From a virus (Duplodnaviria; Caudoviricetes), in IMG/VR virus record IMGVR_UViG_3300023048_000002, positions 64,001 through 128,000 of that record: a stretch of DNA of 64,000 bases; one strand, written 5' to 3'. Under the pieces are notes generated by a model, which was given only the letters and a program-made list of their open reading frames with translations, searched no databases and was not told the DNA's origin. The stretch's first letter is position 1, and each line of letters begins with the position of its first letter. Positions 20,130-29,761 of this stretch are shown here, piece after piece. The position numbers were made by a program, and so were the translations under genes.

Positions 20130-20695
20130 TAGTTCAATACCCTTGGTATATTCTTTGAGAATATCATATATTGAAACTTCTGTAAATCATCAAACTCATC
20201 AATGATAGCTGATATTGGATTATCAGTCACATCTAGGTCTTTGACTGCATCTGTCTTGTAAGTGATATTTTCAAGTTCTTCGATACCTGAAGCCAAATAC
20301 TTATGGTATGACTGGATTCCGTATTCTTTTATGAATGCATCTATCTTGTTGATATAATCGCAAAGTTCTATGGCATTCATAGTTTCGACTGCTTTAATAG
20401 ATAACACAATTTTAATTGGTTCTACCTGAAATGAATCAATGTTTTCTTCAGTTACCGTGTATGTAGTTCCATCGGATGTCTTAATGACATCACCGATAGT
20501 GAAGGTAGCAACGAAATCAATAACCACGAAGTTTTTATTGTTTGGATAATACTGGATTTCTGACAGACGAATATCTTTGTCTGTCTTGCTGTAATGCCTT
20601 AGAGCTTTAACAAGGTTCACTTGAAAAAGCTCTAAGATTTCCTTAGTGGTGGATTCATACTCAGAGGTTCTTTTTTCCAAAAGTTCTTTGAGCAT
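20129..20695 (-). CDS. hypothetical protein
   Basis: 188 aa coupled ORF. Confidence 0.65.
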   Translation of the reverse strand: MLKELLEKRTSEYESTTKEILELFQVNLVKALRHYSKTDKDIRLSEIQYYPNNKNFVVIDFVATFTIGDVIKTSDGTTYTVTEENIDSFQVEPIKIVLSIKAVETMNAIELCDYINKIDAFIKEYGIQSYHKYLASGIEELENITYKTDAVKDLDVTDNPISAIIDEFDDLQKFQYMIFSKNIPRVLN

Positions 20696-20701
20696 ATTTA
20701 A

Positions 20702-21793
20702 TTAATCCTCTGTGTCAGATGAAGCTTCATCCATCATCTCTAGAATCTTTGCCTTACGAGAGACTTTATCAGTACTTAGGTCAAGTTCTTTTGAATCAAT
20801 AACCACATCAATGACTTCATCTTCTTTAGCAATCAATGCTTCTAGAACTCTCTGCTGGAACTTATGGAAGTTGCCTTTCTGGAACTTCTCATCACCGTAC
20901 ATATACCAGCTACCATTACGTGTCACTACACCAAGAGACTCAGCAACCTCTAGCAAACCTGTGAATGGGTCCATACCAGTTTCATATGGAACTTCAATCT
21001 TTGCTGCTTGGAAGGGTTTGGTGAAACGAGTTTTGTAACCCAATACCTTCATTGTAATACCTTCATAGCGAGACTTATCTTCACTCTTAAGCATCAACTT
21101 CATTACCATCAGCATCTGTGAGAATGCAAACTTGGTAGCCTCAGTGACAACGAATGGCATAGACAATGCTGCGATAGGGTCTTGTTCTTTGTAAGCCTGC
21201 TTTGTGCATAGGCCAACGAATGGGAGATTCTTGATGTCCTGTACGAACGTCTGTAGAAGCTTCTTCAACTGCTTAGCCTGCTGGCCCTGATCACCCTTCT
21301 GATCACCCTTATCATAATTCTTTAATTCAGAATCAGTCATTAGCATGTCTAGGGAGTCGATGACAATTAGCATACGGTCAGTCATGCCATGCTTACGGTA
21401 CAAACGAGTGAACGTTGAAAACTGTTCAGATGCCTGTACGATGGTCTTAACACCTCTGTAGAAGAAGTTAGGTGCATTGATATCAATACCTAACTTAGCG
21501 AGGTAGCCTTCATCTAGTGCGTTCTCAGAGTCGATGACAAGAATACCACAACCCTGATCTTGTGCAGCCTTAATAACGTTGGCTACTACGAATGATTTAC
21601 CTGCACCAGATGGTCCGGTTACAGCACCCCAGCGACCCTGTGCAAATCCTTCTAGGTACTTACCTGATACGATCTTATTTAAAACGTAATTGCCTGTGGT
21701 AATAAAGAACTCAGGTGCATTATTCGTCATCGAAATGCCCTCAGCCTTTGAACCTTCTTTTTGGAACTCTTTTGAAAATGCTTCAAAACCCAT
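20702..21793 (-). CDS. uvsX: UvsX/RecA recombinase
   Basis: GPSGAGKS, IDSENA, IVIDSL, KTRFTKPF. Confidence 0.93.
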   Translation of the reverse strand: MGFEAFSKEFQKEGSKAEGISMTNNAPEFFITTGNYVLNKIVSGKYLEGFAQGRWGAVTGPSGAGKSFVVANVIKAAQDQGCGILVIDSENALDEGYLAKLGIDINAPNFFYRGVKTIVQASEQFSTFTRLYRKHGMTDRMLIVIDSLDMLMTDSELKNYDKGDQKGDQGQQAKQLKKLLQTFVQDIKNLPFVGLCTKQAYKEQDPIAALSMPFVVTEATKFAFSQMLMVMKLMLKSEDKSRYEGITMKVLGYKTRFTKPFQAAKIEVPYETGMDPFTGLLEVAESLGVVTRNGSWYMYGDEKFQKGNFHKFQQRVLEALIAKEDEVIDVVIDSKELDLSTDKVSRKAKILEMMDEASSDTED

Positions 21794-21840
21794 ATTAGTT
21801 ATCCTGTACTATTATTCTTAAAAATACTTCTTGCGGGAAC

Positions 21841-21872
21841 AAAAAAGGGGAGCTATAAAAGACTCCCCCTTT
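21841..21872 (-). terminator. rho-independent terminator after gp32
   Basis: GGGGAG/CTCCCC stem with U tract. Confidence 0.7.
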
Positions 21873-21890
21873 CTCGGGACCACTGTTACA

Positions 21891-22859
21891 TTAGTCTTTC
21901 TTTGAACGACGCTTTAGCAAAGCAATGTAGTCGTCTTCTTCATCTTCGTCTTCAGTAGGAGTTTCTTCCTTTACTGATTCACGAACCGGAGTTGACTCTT
22001 CTACTGGTGTGCTGACCTTTTCAGTCTTCTCCACCTTTGCTTCAACCTTCTTCTCTTCCTTAGCTGGCTCTGACTGTGCAGGAGTATCAGATGGCGTACC
22101 ATCTTCATCTTCTACGTAATCTTCACCAGTAAGGTGAGCTTCAAGCATACGCTGAACCTTCTCTGCACCTAAGTCCTTTGGAAGGTACTTAGACAAATCA
22201 ACTGGTTCAAAGTTTTCGATGAAATCTTCAGGTAAAGAAGTTGAACGTCTTGCGAAGTCACTTGCTGTACCATAGTTAGCATAATCACCCTGCTTTGATT
22301 TGACGATGATGAAGTTCAAACCATTACGCAAGTCCCATGGAAGGTCTTCTAGCTCACCCTTGGTTAGGAGTGCTTTTTGACGGCTTTCATACTTGCTACT
22401 GATCTGGTAACCAAGTTGTACAACCTTGATCTTACCTTCATCATTTTCTTTGGTTTCTTCGTTTAGTGGGAGCGGATCAGATACAATGAATACGCTAGCT
22501 AGAGCCTTGGAATCACGGTAGTAATACTTACCCTTTTCTGAGGTCTTGCCTTCGCTCTTGTAGTACTTTGCGGATATCGCACAGATTGGGCAATCAGCAC
22601 CATACATCTTGCGGCATGGGATTTTCTTATCTTCGCCGTTGATTGATAGAACATGTTCCAACTTAGCTACGAAGGGAACAGTATCTTCAGCGGTCATACC
22701 CTTGAATGGTAGCATTCTCATTTCTGATTCTGCACCGAATTCCATGTTCCAGAATGGGTATGTGTCACCAAAGGTTCTTGACTTGCCACCTTCGGTTTTC
22801 TTCTCGGACTTTTCGTTCATCTTTGCAAGCAATGCTGCTAGCTGTGGCTTATTTGACAT
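21891..22859 (-). CDS. 32: single-stranded DNA-binding protein (gp32-like)
   Basis: YPFW, H...CRKMYGADCPIC Zn site, GLNFIIVK...YANY, acidic tail. Confidence 0.88.
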   Translation of the reverse strand: MSNKPQLAALLAKMNEKSEKKTEGGKSRTFGDTYPFWNMEFGAESEMRMLPFKGMTAEDTVPFVAKLEHVLSINGEDKKIPCRKMYGADCPICAISAKYYKSEGKTSEKGKYYYRDSKALASVFIVSDPLPLNEETKENDEGKIKVVQLGYQISSKYESRQKALLTKGELEDLPWDLRNGLNFIIVKSKQGDYANYGTASDFARRSTSLPEDFIENFEPVDLSKYLPKDLGAEKVQRMLEAHLTGEDYVEDEDGTPSDTPAQSEPAKEEKKVEAKVEKTEKVSTPVEESTPVRESVKEETPTEDEDEEDDYIALLKRRSKKD

Positions 22860-22994
22860 TTATGGTCTCCTTAATTTCATCTATAAAGTCATCTTGTTTC
22901 ATCTTAGATAGAAGTGTTTCTATCTTTAACTATTTATTGTCTCTCTACGAAACTGAACCCATAATAAATGGTTTTAAATAATTAGTCAATCTCT

Positions 22995-23507
22995 TTAAGC
23001 AAAGAAGTTATTTGCTCTTAGATCATCCATCATTTTCATGATATGTTTGCACGCACCCGGAGACTGCATTGGGTTCACAGGTGGGCGGTTGCCTTTACTT
23101 ACGTATGGTGGCGGTGGGTTTCCGTCAAGAGATTTGAACTTGTTATTCCATACCGCGAAACGATAATGGAAGTCCAAACATGAGCAATTGACTTTTACCT
23201 GAGTATTGTGTGGTACACGCTGGATAAAATACTCGGTGTTATCTGAACCCGTAAAATTAAATGATTGAGGCTCTTCAGCTTCAAGATAATTTACGTTATC
23301 GAATACGAGAGTGGTCCAATAGTCATGACCATTATGTGATGTTGTGTTTGAGCCGATTTTCAGCTTGGCGTTATTCGCCATAGGTATATATGTTAAATTA
23401 TTTAACTGCACCTGTCTAGATTTTTCTGTGCGTTCTGGACCCATTGTACTCTTGGTACGTGATTCCAAATCATTTGCACTTAGTTCTAATAAAATCATTT
23501 CTTTCAA
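22995..23507 (-). CDS. SWIM zinc-finger protein
   Basis: VNCSCLDF...GACKH. Confidence 0.7.
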   Translation of the reverse strand: MKEMILLELSANDLESRTKSTMGPERTEKSRQVQLNNLTYIPMANNAKLKIGSNTTSHNGHDYWTTLVFDNVNYLEAEEPQSFNFTGSDNTEYFIQRVPHNTQVKVNCSCLDFHYRFAVWNNKFKSLDGNPPPPYVSKGNRPPVNPMQSPGACKHIMKMMDDLRANNFFA

Positions 23508-23537
23508 AACAGGTTCTCCAATTCCTAATATTTATCC

Positions 23538-25112
23538 TTAACCCATTAGGAAAGGCATGTATCCTTCATCTTCGTCATCTCCATCCTTCAAACGAACTTC
23601 CTCATTTTCATATGACCAGTTCTCAGCTTTAACATGCTGGAAGGAATACATCTTTGCATAAGCGTTAACGTCATGCTGTGCCATATCTTCCACAATTCTA
23701 ATACAGATTAGAGTTGCGAACACCGTGTCATCCGTTCCACCCGTCTTAGCTTCAAACGTATTACCTTTACGAACAAGGTTTTTCAACTCTGCGATTAACT
23801 GTTTAGAGTTGATCAGCAAGTGACCGCGTTCAAACATTTCCTTGAACGCGATTAGACCCAAGTTCTTAGTTTTAATGTTTGAGTTGTAGCCCAATGTATC
23901 CTTACCTTCTTCAGACATAAAGATACCCTTTTCAATAGGATCAACGTCAGCCTCATACAATGAAGTGATTGCCTGACCCAAGGCATTATTTTCAACAGAG
24001 AAATAAGTTCTTGCTGAGTTCCTTTCCAAGAATCTGATAAGAGTCTTTAAATAAGAATATAATTCAGTTGGGGATTCTTGGTTTGTACGGTATTCCATAA
24101 CCTGTTCCATACTAGGGAACTCAAATACCTGTACTACGCTGTAGTCATTACCTGTTCCCTGTGATGGGTCAACACCAACGATATATGTGTGATTGCGTGA
24201 AGGAATCTTCCAGAAGGTTTGATTGATAGAGTTACCAAAGATTTGAAATGTCTGGATACCATCAATACGATTCTCAGCAGCAGTAAGCTTGTCTGGATCG
24301 ATAAGCGTATGCTCGGAAGTAAGCATTTCGCATTCGTATTCCTGTCTCCAACGTCTTTCACCAATAAGCTCAATTGTCTTAACTCTAAACTCTTCATCAC
24401 GTCCGGGAATTTCATTCCATCTTACGCTTACTGGAAACCATTCCTTGCCTGATTCAGCTTTACGCCAGAAATCTGCAAAGAGGTCACTATCACCATTTGG
24501 CGTAGACGATACTATACAGGAACCACCTGTTGATAATACGGGCTGTAGGGATGTCCACATTTCTTTTTGAATATGTGGTGGTACGAATGCTAATTCGTCC
24601 ATGTATAGAAGTGAAATGGCAAGACCACGACCCGTGTTTTGGCTAGTAGCCTGCGCAGTGATTTTGGTCTTGTTTTCAAATGCTAATGTAGTCTTGTTGA
24701 ATTCCTTTTCGTCAATACCCGGCTTCAACCAGTTTGGCAATTCTTCATAGATACCTTGAATACGATTGACGATTTCCTTTGCACCAGCAAGTTTGTTAGC
24801 TGCTACAAGGATGTTCTTTTCCTCATGGAAAATAGCAAACCATGTCAAGTATGCACAAGTCGTTTCTGTCTTACCTGACTGACGTGCGATCTTGGAGATA
24901 CACCAACGGTTAGACTGATATGCGCGAATCAATTTTATCTGATATGGTCTAAGTTTAAAGGGAATTCTTCCCAGCGTAGGATGTCGGATATGCACGTAGT
25001 TGTTGATAAAATATACAGGATCAAGCACACATTTGCGCATTTCATCCAACATTTGTTGTGTATATTCAGTTGTTGTATTTGGTTTCTTTAATCGTGGGTT
25101 CTTAATAGCCAT
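23538..25112 (-). CDS. terL: terminase large subunit (gp17-like)
   Basis: ARQSGKT, LYMDELAF, SSTPNG, GVDPSQG, DDTV. Confidence 0.95.
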   Translation of the reverse strand: MAIKNPRLKKPNTTTEYTQQMLDEMRKCVLDPVYFINNYVHIRHPTLGRIPFKLRPYQIKLIRAYQSNRWCISKIARQSGKTETTCAYLTWFAIFHEEKNILVAANKLAGAKEIVNRIQGIYEELPNWLKPGIDEKEFNKTTLAFENKTKITAQATSQNTGRGLAISLLYMDELAFVPPHIQKEMWTSLQPVLSTGGSCIVSSTPNGDSDLFADFWRKAESGKEWFPVSVRWNEIPGRDEEFRVKTIELIGERRWRQEYECEMLTSEHTLIDPDKLTAAENRIDGIQTFQIFGNSINQTFWKIPSRNHTYIVGVDPSQGTGNDYSVVQVFEFPSMEQVMEYRTNQESPTELYSYLKTLIRFLERNSARTYFSVENNALGQAITSLYEADVDPIEKGIFMSEEGKDTLGYNSNIKTKNLGLIAFKEMFERGHLLINSKQLIAELKNLVRKGNTFEAKTGGTDDTVFATLICIRIVEDMAQHDVNAYAKMYSFQHVKAENWSYENEEVRLKDGDDEDEGYMPFLMG

Positions 25113-25265
25113 AAAATAAATCCGTTTGAATTTATTTATGTAGCCTAAAAAACAGTGAATTCAACCACTTGAGACCTATAGGTATATTTCTAGATTATTC
25201 AAAAAAGATATCGGTCTCGTGTTTCTACAATAAATATACGTTATAATTAAGGAAATAGTACTCCC

Positions 25266-25523
25266 ATGAAATCCCTGCTAGCTCAGTCTGTAAATGCACT
25301 AATCAACAAGGATATGGCTTCTGCCAAGACTTTGTATAAAGAATACATCACTCAGAAGAGTCGTGCAGTTCTTGAAGAAGTTGAAAAGGAGAAGCTTGAA
25401 AAAGATATGGTTCATGGTCACTGCGATGGGTGCGGTGAATCATCTACAACATCTGAATCCGTTCTCACTTCTAAGAAGTGGGTGTGTGGTCATTGTGACG
25501 CCAAAAAGTTCGTAAGAGCCTAA
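25266..25523 (+). CDS. small prohead-core-like protein with Zn ribbon
   Basis: LINKD...AKTLYKEYITQKSR; CDGC...CGHC; late promoter. Confidence 0.55.
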   Translation: MKSLLAQSVNALINKDMASAKTLYKEYITQKSRAVLEEVEKEKLEKDMVHGHCDGCGESSTTSESVLTSKKWVCGHCDAKKFVRA

Positions 25524-25525
25524 TT

Positions 25526-25552
25526 AAAAAAGCCCGCGAAAGCGGGCTTTTT
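25526..25552. terminator. bidirectional terminator
   Basis: AAAAA GCCCGC GAAA GCGGGC TTTTT between convergent genes. Confidence 0.85.
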
Positions 25553-25553
25553 C

Positions 25554-27248
25554 TTATGCTCTCCATTGTCCTTCAATTACCGTTATCAATGTAACGTTAC
25601 CATCAGGATAAACTAGTGCTGCTGTATTCAACCATGAACTTGGACCCTTGTTGTAGTCGAGTCTTAGTTTAGATGTTGTACCAACCTGATAAGACCCATT
25701 TGAAATACCCGGCGTGTGGGAGTGACCAATAATCAATCTCTGGCCCATCTTTGCAAGGCTCTTCAAACTTCCTCTTGATCCATTCGGACCAACATCACCA
25801 TGTAGTGACAATTCAAGGCCACCAATCTCCAAACTTTCGCTTCTTGTTAAGAAGTGCGTTCTATTGAAAACCAATGGGTCCATACCACGATATTCATCAG
25901 GGTTAACACACCAGAACTCAATCGCATCAAAGCGCTTGTTTTCATACACTGCCCTATACTGATGATACTTCAGATAGTGATAGAACTTAGCATTCTCTGG
26001 ATCAATTGCTGGGTCAGCTTCCTTTAACCAACGGTCAATATGTTCATCATGGTTTGACTTAACAATATGATTCTCTGTATCTGCTCTGCTTACCGACTCA
26101 ACAAAGTCAGCAACGATCTGCATTGATTGTTCAACATTATTATTATCATTATAAAGATGTTTTCTATAACGCCCTAGAGCATCACGGATGTTGTGATGTG
26201 ATCTTGCAGAACCATCAATTAAATCATGAAACACAAAGTGTTTAGGATTACAGATTTCAGCTACAGAATCGATACCAGTAAATAGAGCCTTTACCGCAGA
26301 CTTACTCACAACTTCAGCATGAATGTCACCCGCTACAAGAGCTAGGGCACGCTGTGAGGATGTGATTGTATTGTGCGTATAATGAGTATCCAAATCATAG
26401 AATGCACCCTTCTCATTAGCAGTGATATGACGAATGTGGAAACGCTCTTCATCATCAATTTCTAGAATGACAGCAGAATATGTATGATGATACGCACCCT
26501 TGTGACCAGCCTTGGAATCCGTATAGTTAGGGACAGTTACTGCACCTGTTGTGGTTAAAATCTTTGGTGACTTATCTGCTGCTGATGAAATTGTTTTCCA
26601 CTCAACATTAGGATGCCCAAAGATTGCAGAGTCCAATCCTGATACAGTATCAAAACCAGATAGTGGGCTTACTGCTGTTGGTTGAATCTTGATGTTTCCC
26701 ATGATTCGAATGTACTTACCAACCTTAAGTTCATCAAAGGTTAGATATTCTACAATCGATGGGTGCCAATAATCGATTTCCTTTTCAGTCCATACCGAAG
26801 TAGGGTTCTTATAACGATAAGGGATGACTACTAGCTCAGCATCATTATGTTTAGAGTAGCTTTCCAAAGCTTTTAGGAATGGTAGGAATACTGGTGTTGC
26901 ATTCTGTGCTGAGGTGATTACATAAGTCTTGTTCTTCTCAATTCTTACTTTTGTCTTCTCTGCAACATTGTTTACCTTCTCTGATTTTCTTGTGACTTCT
27001 GCCATAGCATCTAGAATATTTTCAAAATGTATTAGTGTCTGTCTGTCTAATGCAAGATTTGCATTGCTTTCTAAGAAGGGAAGAGAAAGGCCATTGAATT
27101 GCTCAACAGCCTGTTTACGTCTTAGAACCGACTTTGGCTTGATATCAAGGTATTCAGCTAACTGTTCTCTTGATAACTTGGCCTTGACTGCCGCCTTATA
27201 CTTTAAAATAAAGTCTTCAGTAGCATTCGAAAGTAATTGTTTATTCAT
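25554..27248 (-). CDS. HTH + metallophosphoesterase, T5 A1-like
   Basis: HTH (SREQLAEYLDIK), YVITSAQNATPV, GDIH, HDLID, SNHD, HGD, GHSH. Confidence 0.7.
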   Translation of the reverse strand: MNKQLLSNATEDFILKYKAAVKAKLSREQLAEYLDIKPKSVLRRKQAVEQFNGLSLPFLESNANLALDRQTLIHFENILDAMAEVTRKSEKVNNVAEKTKVRIEKNKTYVITSAQNATPVFLPFLKALESYSKHNDAELVVIPYRYKNPTSVWTEKEIDYWHPSIVEYLTFDELKVGKYIRIMGNIKIQPTAVSPLSGFDTVSGLDSAIFGHPNVEWKTISSAADKSPKILTTTGAVTVPNYTDSKAGHKGAYHHTYSAVILEIDDEERFHIRHITANEKGAFYDLDTHYTHNTITSSQRALALVAGDIHAEVVSKSAVKALFTGIDSVAEICNPKHFVFHDLIDGSARSHHNIRDALGRYRKHLYNDNNNVEQSMQIVADFVESVSRADTENHIVKSNHDEHIDRWLKEADPAIDPENAKFYHYLKYHQYRAVYENKRFDAIEFWCVNPDEYRGMDPLVFNRTHFLTRSESLEIGGLELSLHGDVGPNGSRGSLKSLAKMGQRLIIGHSHTPGISNGSYQVGTTSKLRLDYNKGPSSWLNTAALVYPDGNVTLITVIEGQWRA

Positions 27249-27783
27249 CTACTATTTTTCCTGATTCATCGGTTATCTCGATGACTTCTCCATCTACAAC
27301 ATTATTTGATTTTAGAATGTCTTTGATGGCATCCCTTGTATTCATAATAAGTGTCTGGTTTAAGGTTTTAGTTATATTACCGTTTCCAGAAGTGGTTTTA
27401 GCCGTCAATTTATCCTTATGTTCTTTCATCTTAGCACGTTCGTGGATTGCACTCAAGCCAATGTTTAAATAATTTGCAGCAACTTCATACATTCTTGCTC
27501 GTTTGCTTCCCTCTATATCTTCAATATCATCAATGATGGTTTGATGGACCACAATGGCGTCATTGTGAATCTTTGAATATGCGGCTTCAATGTCATCGTC
27601 TTTTTCATCATAAGCGTCAATGGGATTTACATTTACGCTAGGCTGAACTGGTTTTAATACTTGTTCTTCTTTTTCTTCTTTTTCATCTTCCACAACATCT
27701 GGAAGGTTGAAGAAATTTTCTAAGGGCCTTCTCTTAGTGGTAGTGGTAAGACCCTTCGATTCTTTAGATTTTTTGGCTGGCAT
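27241..27783 (-). CDS. terS: terminase small subunit (gp16-like)
   Basis: ARMYEVAA...NQTLIMNTRDAIK pattern; near terL. Confidence 0.65.
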   Translation of the reverse strand: MPAKKSKESKGLTTTTKRRPLENFFNLPDVVEDEKEEKEEQVLKPVQPSVNVNPIDAYDEKDDDIEAAYSKIHNDAIVVHQTIIDDIEDIEGSKRARMYEVAANYLNIGLSAIHERAKMKEHKDKLTAKTTSGNGNITKTLNQTLIMNTRDAIKDILKSNNVVDGEVIEITDESGKIVDE

Positions 27784-27816
27784 TGTTGGTATTCCTAGGT
27801 TTTCTAAGGATATTTA

Positions 27817-28041
27817 TTATCCTTTAGAACCTCTGACTGCCGAGTACCACTCCCTAGGGAATTCCTTGTTAGTGGTCATTTCGTACCAAGCATCTAAATC
27901 TAAAATCTTCTTAAGATGAAGATCAATATATTTGTTATATTCACTAATGTAGTTGGTGAGGTCTGCTTGGCTTTTATCAGTTATCATGGATTCAACTTTA
28001 TGTGCTACTAGTTTCATTGGTCTGGCTGTCCGGCTCTTCAT
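27817..28041 (-). CDS. hypothetical protein
   Basis: Small ORF, start uncertain. Confidence 0.45.
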   Translation of the reverse strand: MKSRTARPMKLVAHKVESMITDKSQADLTNYISEYNKYIDLHLKKILDLDAWYEMTTNKEFPREWYSAVRGSKG

Positions 28042-28267
28042 TTTTCTGAGGGAATAGTCCCTTTAGGATATCGTTAATCTGGCTACGCTTAGCTAGTATA
28101 GCTAACTCAATTATTTCCATTTCACCAAAAAGGTCTAATTTCTTTTGAGTATAGCGTTGAAGTGTTTCAACTTCAAAACGAACGTCTTTTGGAAGACTCT
28201 CAACTTCGATCTTCTGATCATTAATTTGCAAGAAAATAATTTTCTCGGCTATAGGTGATTGATTCAT
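27998..28267 (-). CDS. hypothetical protein
   Basis: 89 aa. Confidence 0.6.
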   Translation of the reverse strand: MNQSPIAEKIIFLQINDQKIEVESLPKDVRFEVETLQRYTQKKLDLFGEMEIIELAILAKRSQINDILKGLFPQKNEEPDSQTNETSST

Positions 28268-28275
28268 ATTTTTCC

Positions 28276-29715
28276 TTATGAGTTTGCAAATGCCATTAAA
28301 TCTAACAAATCGTTAGAGTTTGATTCTTCTTGGGGTATATCTGAGTCATCTATCGGTAACCCTTCAATATTCCTATCAATTACACTAAACGATGCTCTTG
28401 GTGGAGCTTCATCAGCTTCAGGTTTTACCTTCTTACCATACTGATTATTTGATTGCTGTACTTCTTTCTGCAACCTAGTCAGTGCGGCTCTAACCTTACC
28501 TTCATCTTCAATGTCAGTAATCTGTAGATTGTCCCTATTGAATTTGACTGGAACGTTCTCGCCTACGGCTGAAGAGGATCGAGTCTTTAGGAAGTACAAT
28601 AACATAATACCTTCTATTCTCATCTTAGGTGTCATATACAATGAAATGTAGTTGTCAACGATATTAATCTTTGAAAAACCACCGGCGATGACTGCTTGGT
28701 TAGGTGATGCTTCGGTAATGCCTGCACGATTCTGCTGTGAAGCAGACACCATTACAGCATTATAATCAACACCAATTTCATACAACTGCTCGGACTTGGC
28801 CTTATCTTGTTCTGAAATAGATATATTATTTGTTCCACCAATAGGTGACATAAGATCAAGGTAGTCAACAAGCATTACATCAGGCTTGACACCATACTCC
28901 ATTTCATACTGTTTTAAGTATCCACGAATATCATTAGCATTTGAACCATTAGGTAAACGCACCATGCGGTACGACCCACCACCCTTCTCTTTAATTTGAT
29001 TTAGCTTGCTTGCTATGGTTGGGATGTTTTCTTTCCAACCACTGATAGGCACACCAGTTGCAATAGATGCAAGACGGGTGTAAATCATATTTTCTGGAAG
29101 TTCTAACGAAATGTAGAGTACGTTATAACCCTGTGCGGCATAGTTGTCACCAATGTTCGACATGACCACTGATTTACCAACACCGGAGTTGGCAGAGAAT
29201 AGGGTTAGCTGTTTGCGTACAAGACCACCACCAAGCTTATCATCAATAATTCTGATACCAGTTGGCATGAATTCCAAACTATCGATACATTCCTGTAAGC
29301 GTGCTTCAGGATTATCATATAGATCGATACCTAGATTTCTGTTAAGCGAAATCTTAGCAGCTTCAAGAATGGCTTGGGTTACTTTATCAAAGTTACCTTC
29401 GGCCATGTCTTTCATGGAACCCTGCATAGCTTCCTTGATGGCAGATTCCTTGGCAAACTTCTCACATTCATCTGAGATGTAAGGAACATCATCATACTTG
29501 ACTTCGCGGTGGCTCAATTTAACATCACACTCCACTTCGATTTTATTAAAATCGGGGAGTGCGGAATACTTTTCATAATAGTTTTGAAAGAACAGAACTG
29601 CCTTTCTTAACTCAGGATCAAAAAAACTTGGCTTGATGATCGACGCACATCTAGCATACAAGTCCTTCGATGATAACAGATATTCAATTACCATCTTTTG
29701 TTTAGCAAAATTCAT
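28276..29715 (-). CDS. 41: replicative DnaB-like helicase (gp41)
   Basis: ANSGVGKS, YISLEL, VDYLDLM, SASQQNR, KTR. Confidence 0.92.
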   Translation of the reverse strand: MNFAKQKMVIEYLLSSKDLYARCASIIKPSFFDPELRKAVLFFQNYYEKYSALPDFNKIEVECDVKLSHREVKYDDVPYISDECEKFAKESAIKEAMQGSMKDMAEGNFDKVTQAILEAAKISLNRNLGIDLYDNPEARLQECIDSLEFMPTGIRIIDDKLGGGLVRKQLTLFSANSGVGKSVVMSNIGDNYAAQGYNVLYISLELPENMIYTRLASIATGVPISGWKENIPTIASKLNQIKEKGGGSYRMVRLPNGSNANDIRGYLKQYEMEYGVKPDVMLVDYLDLMSPIGGTNNISISEQDKAKSEQLYEIGVDYNAVMVSASQQNRAGITEASPNQAVIAGGFSKINIVDNYISLYMTPKMRIEGIMLLYFLKTRSSSAVGENVPVKFNRDNLQITDIEDEGKVRAALTRLQKEVQQSNNQYGKKVKPEADEAPPRASFSVIDRNIEGLPIDDSDIPQEESNSNDLLDLMAFANS

Positions 29716-29761
29716 AGATACTCCAACTTAGGGTGGATTCTCCTACGAATGACCGTTTAAG

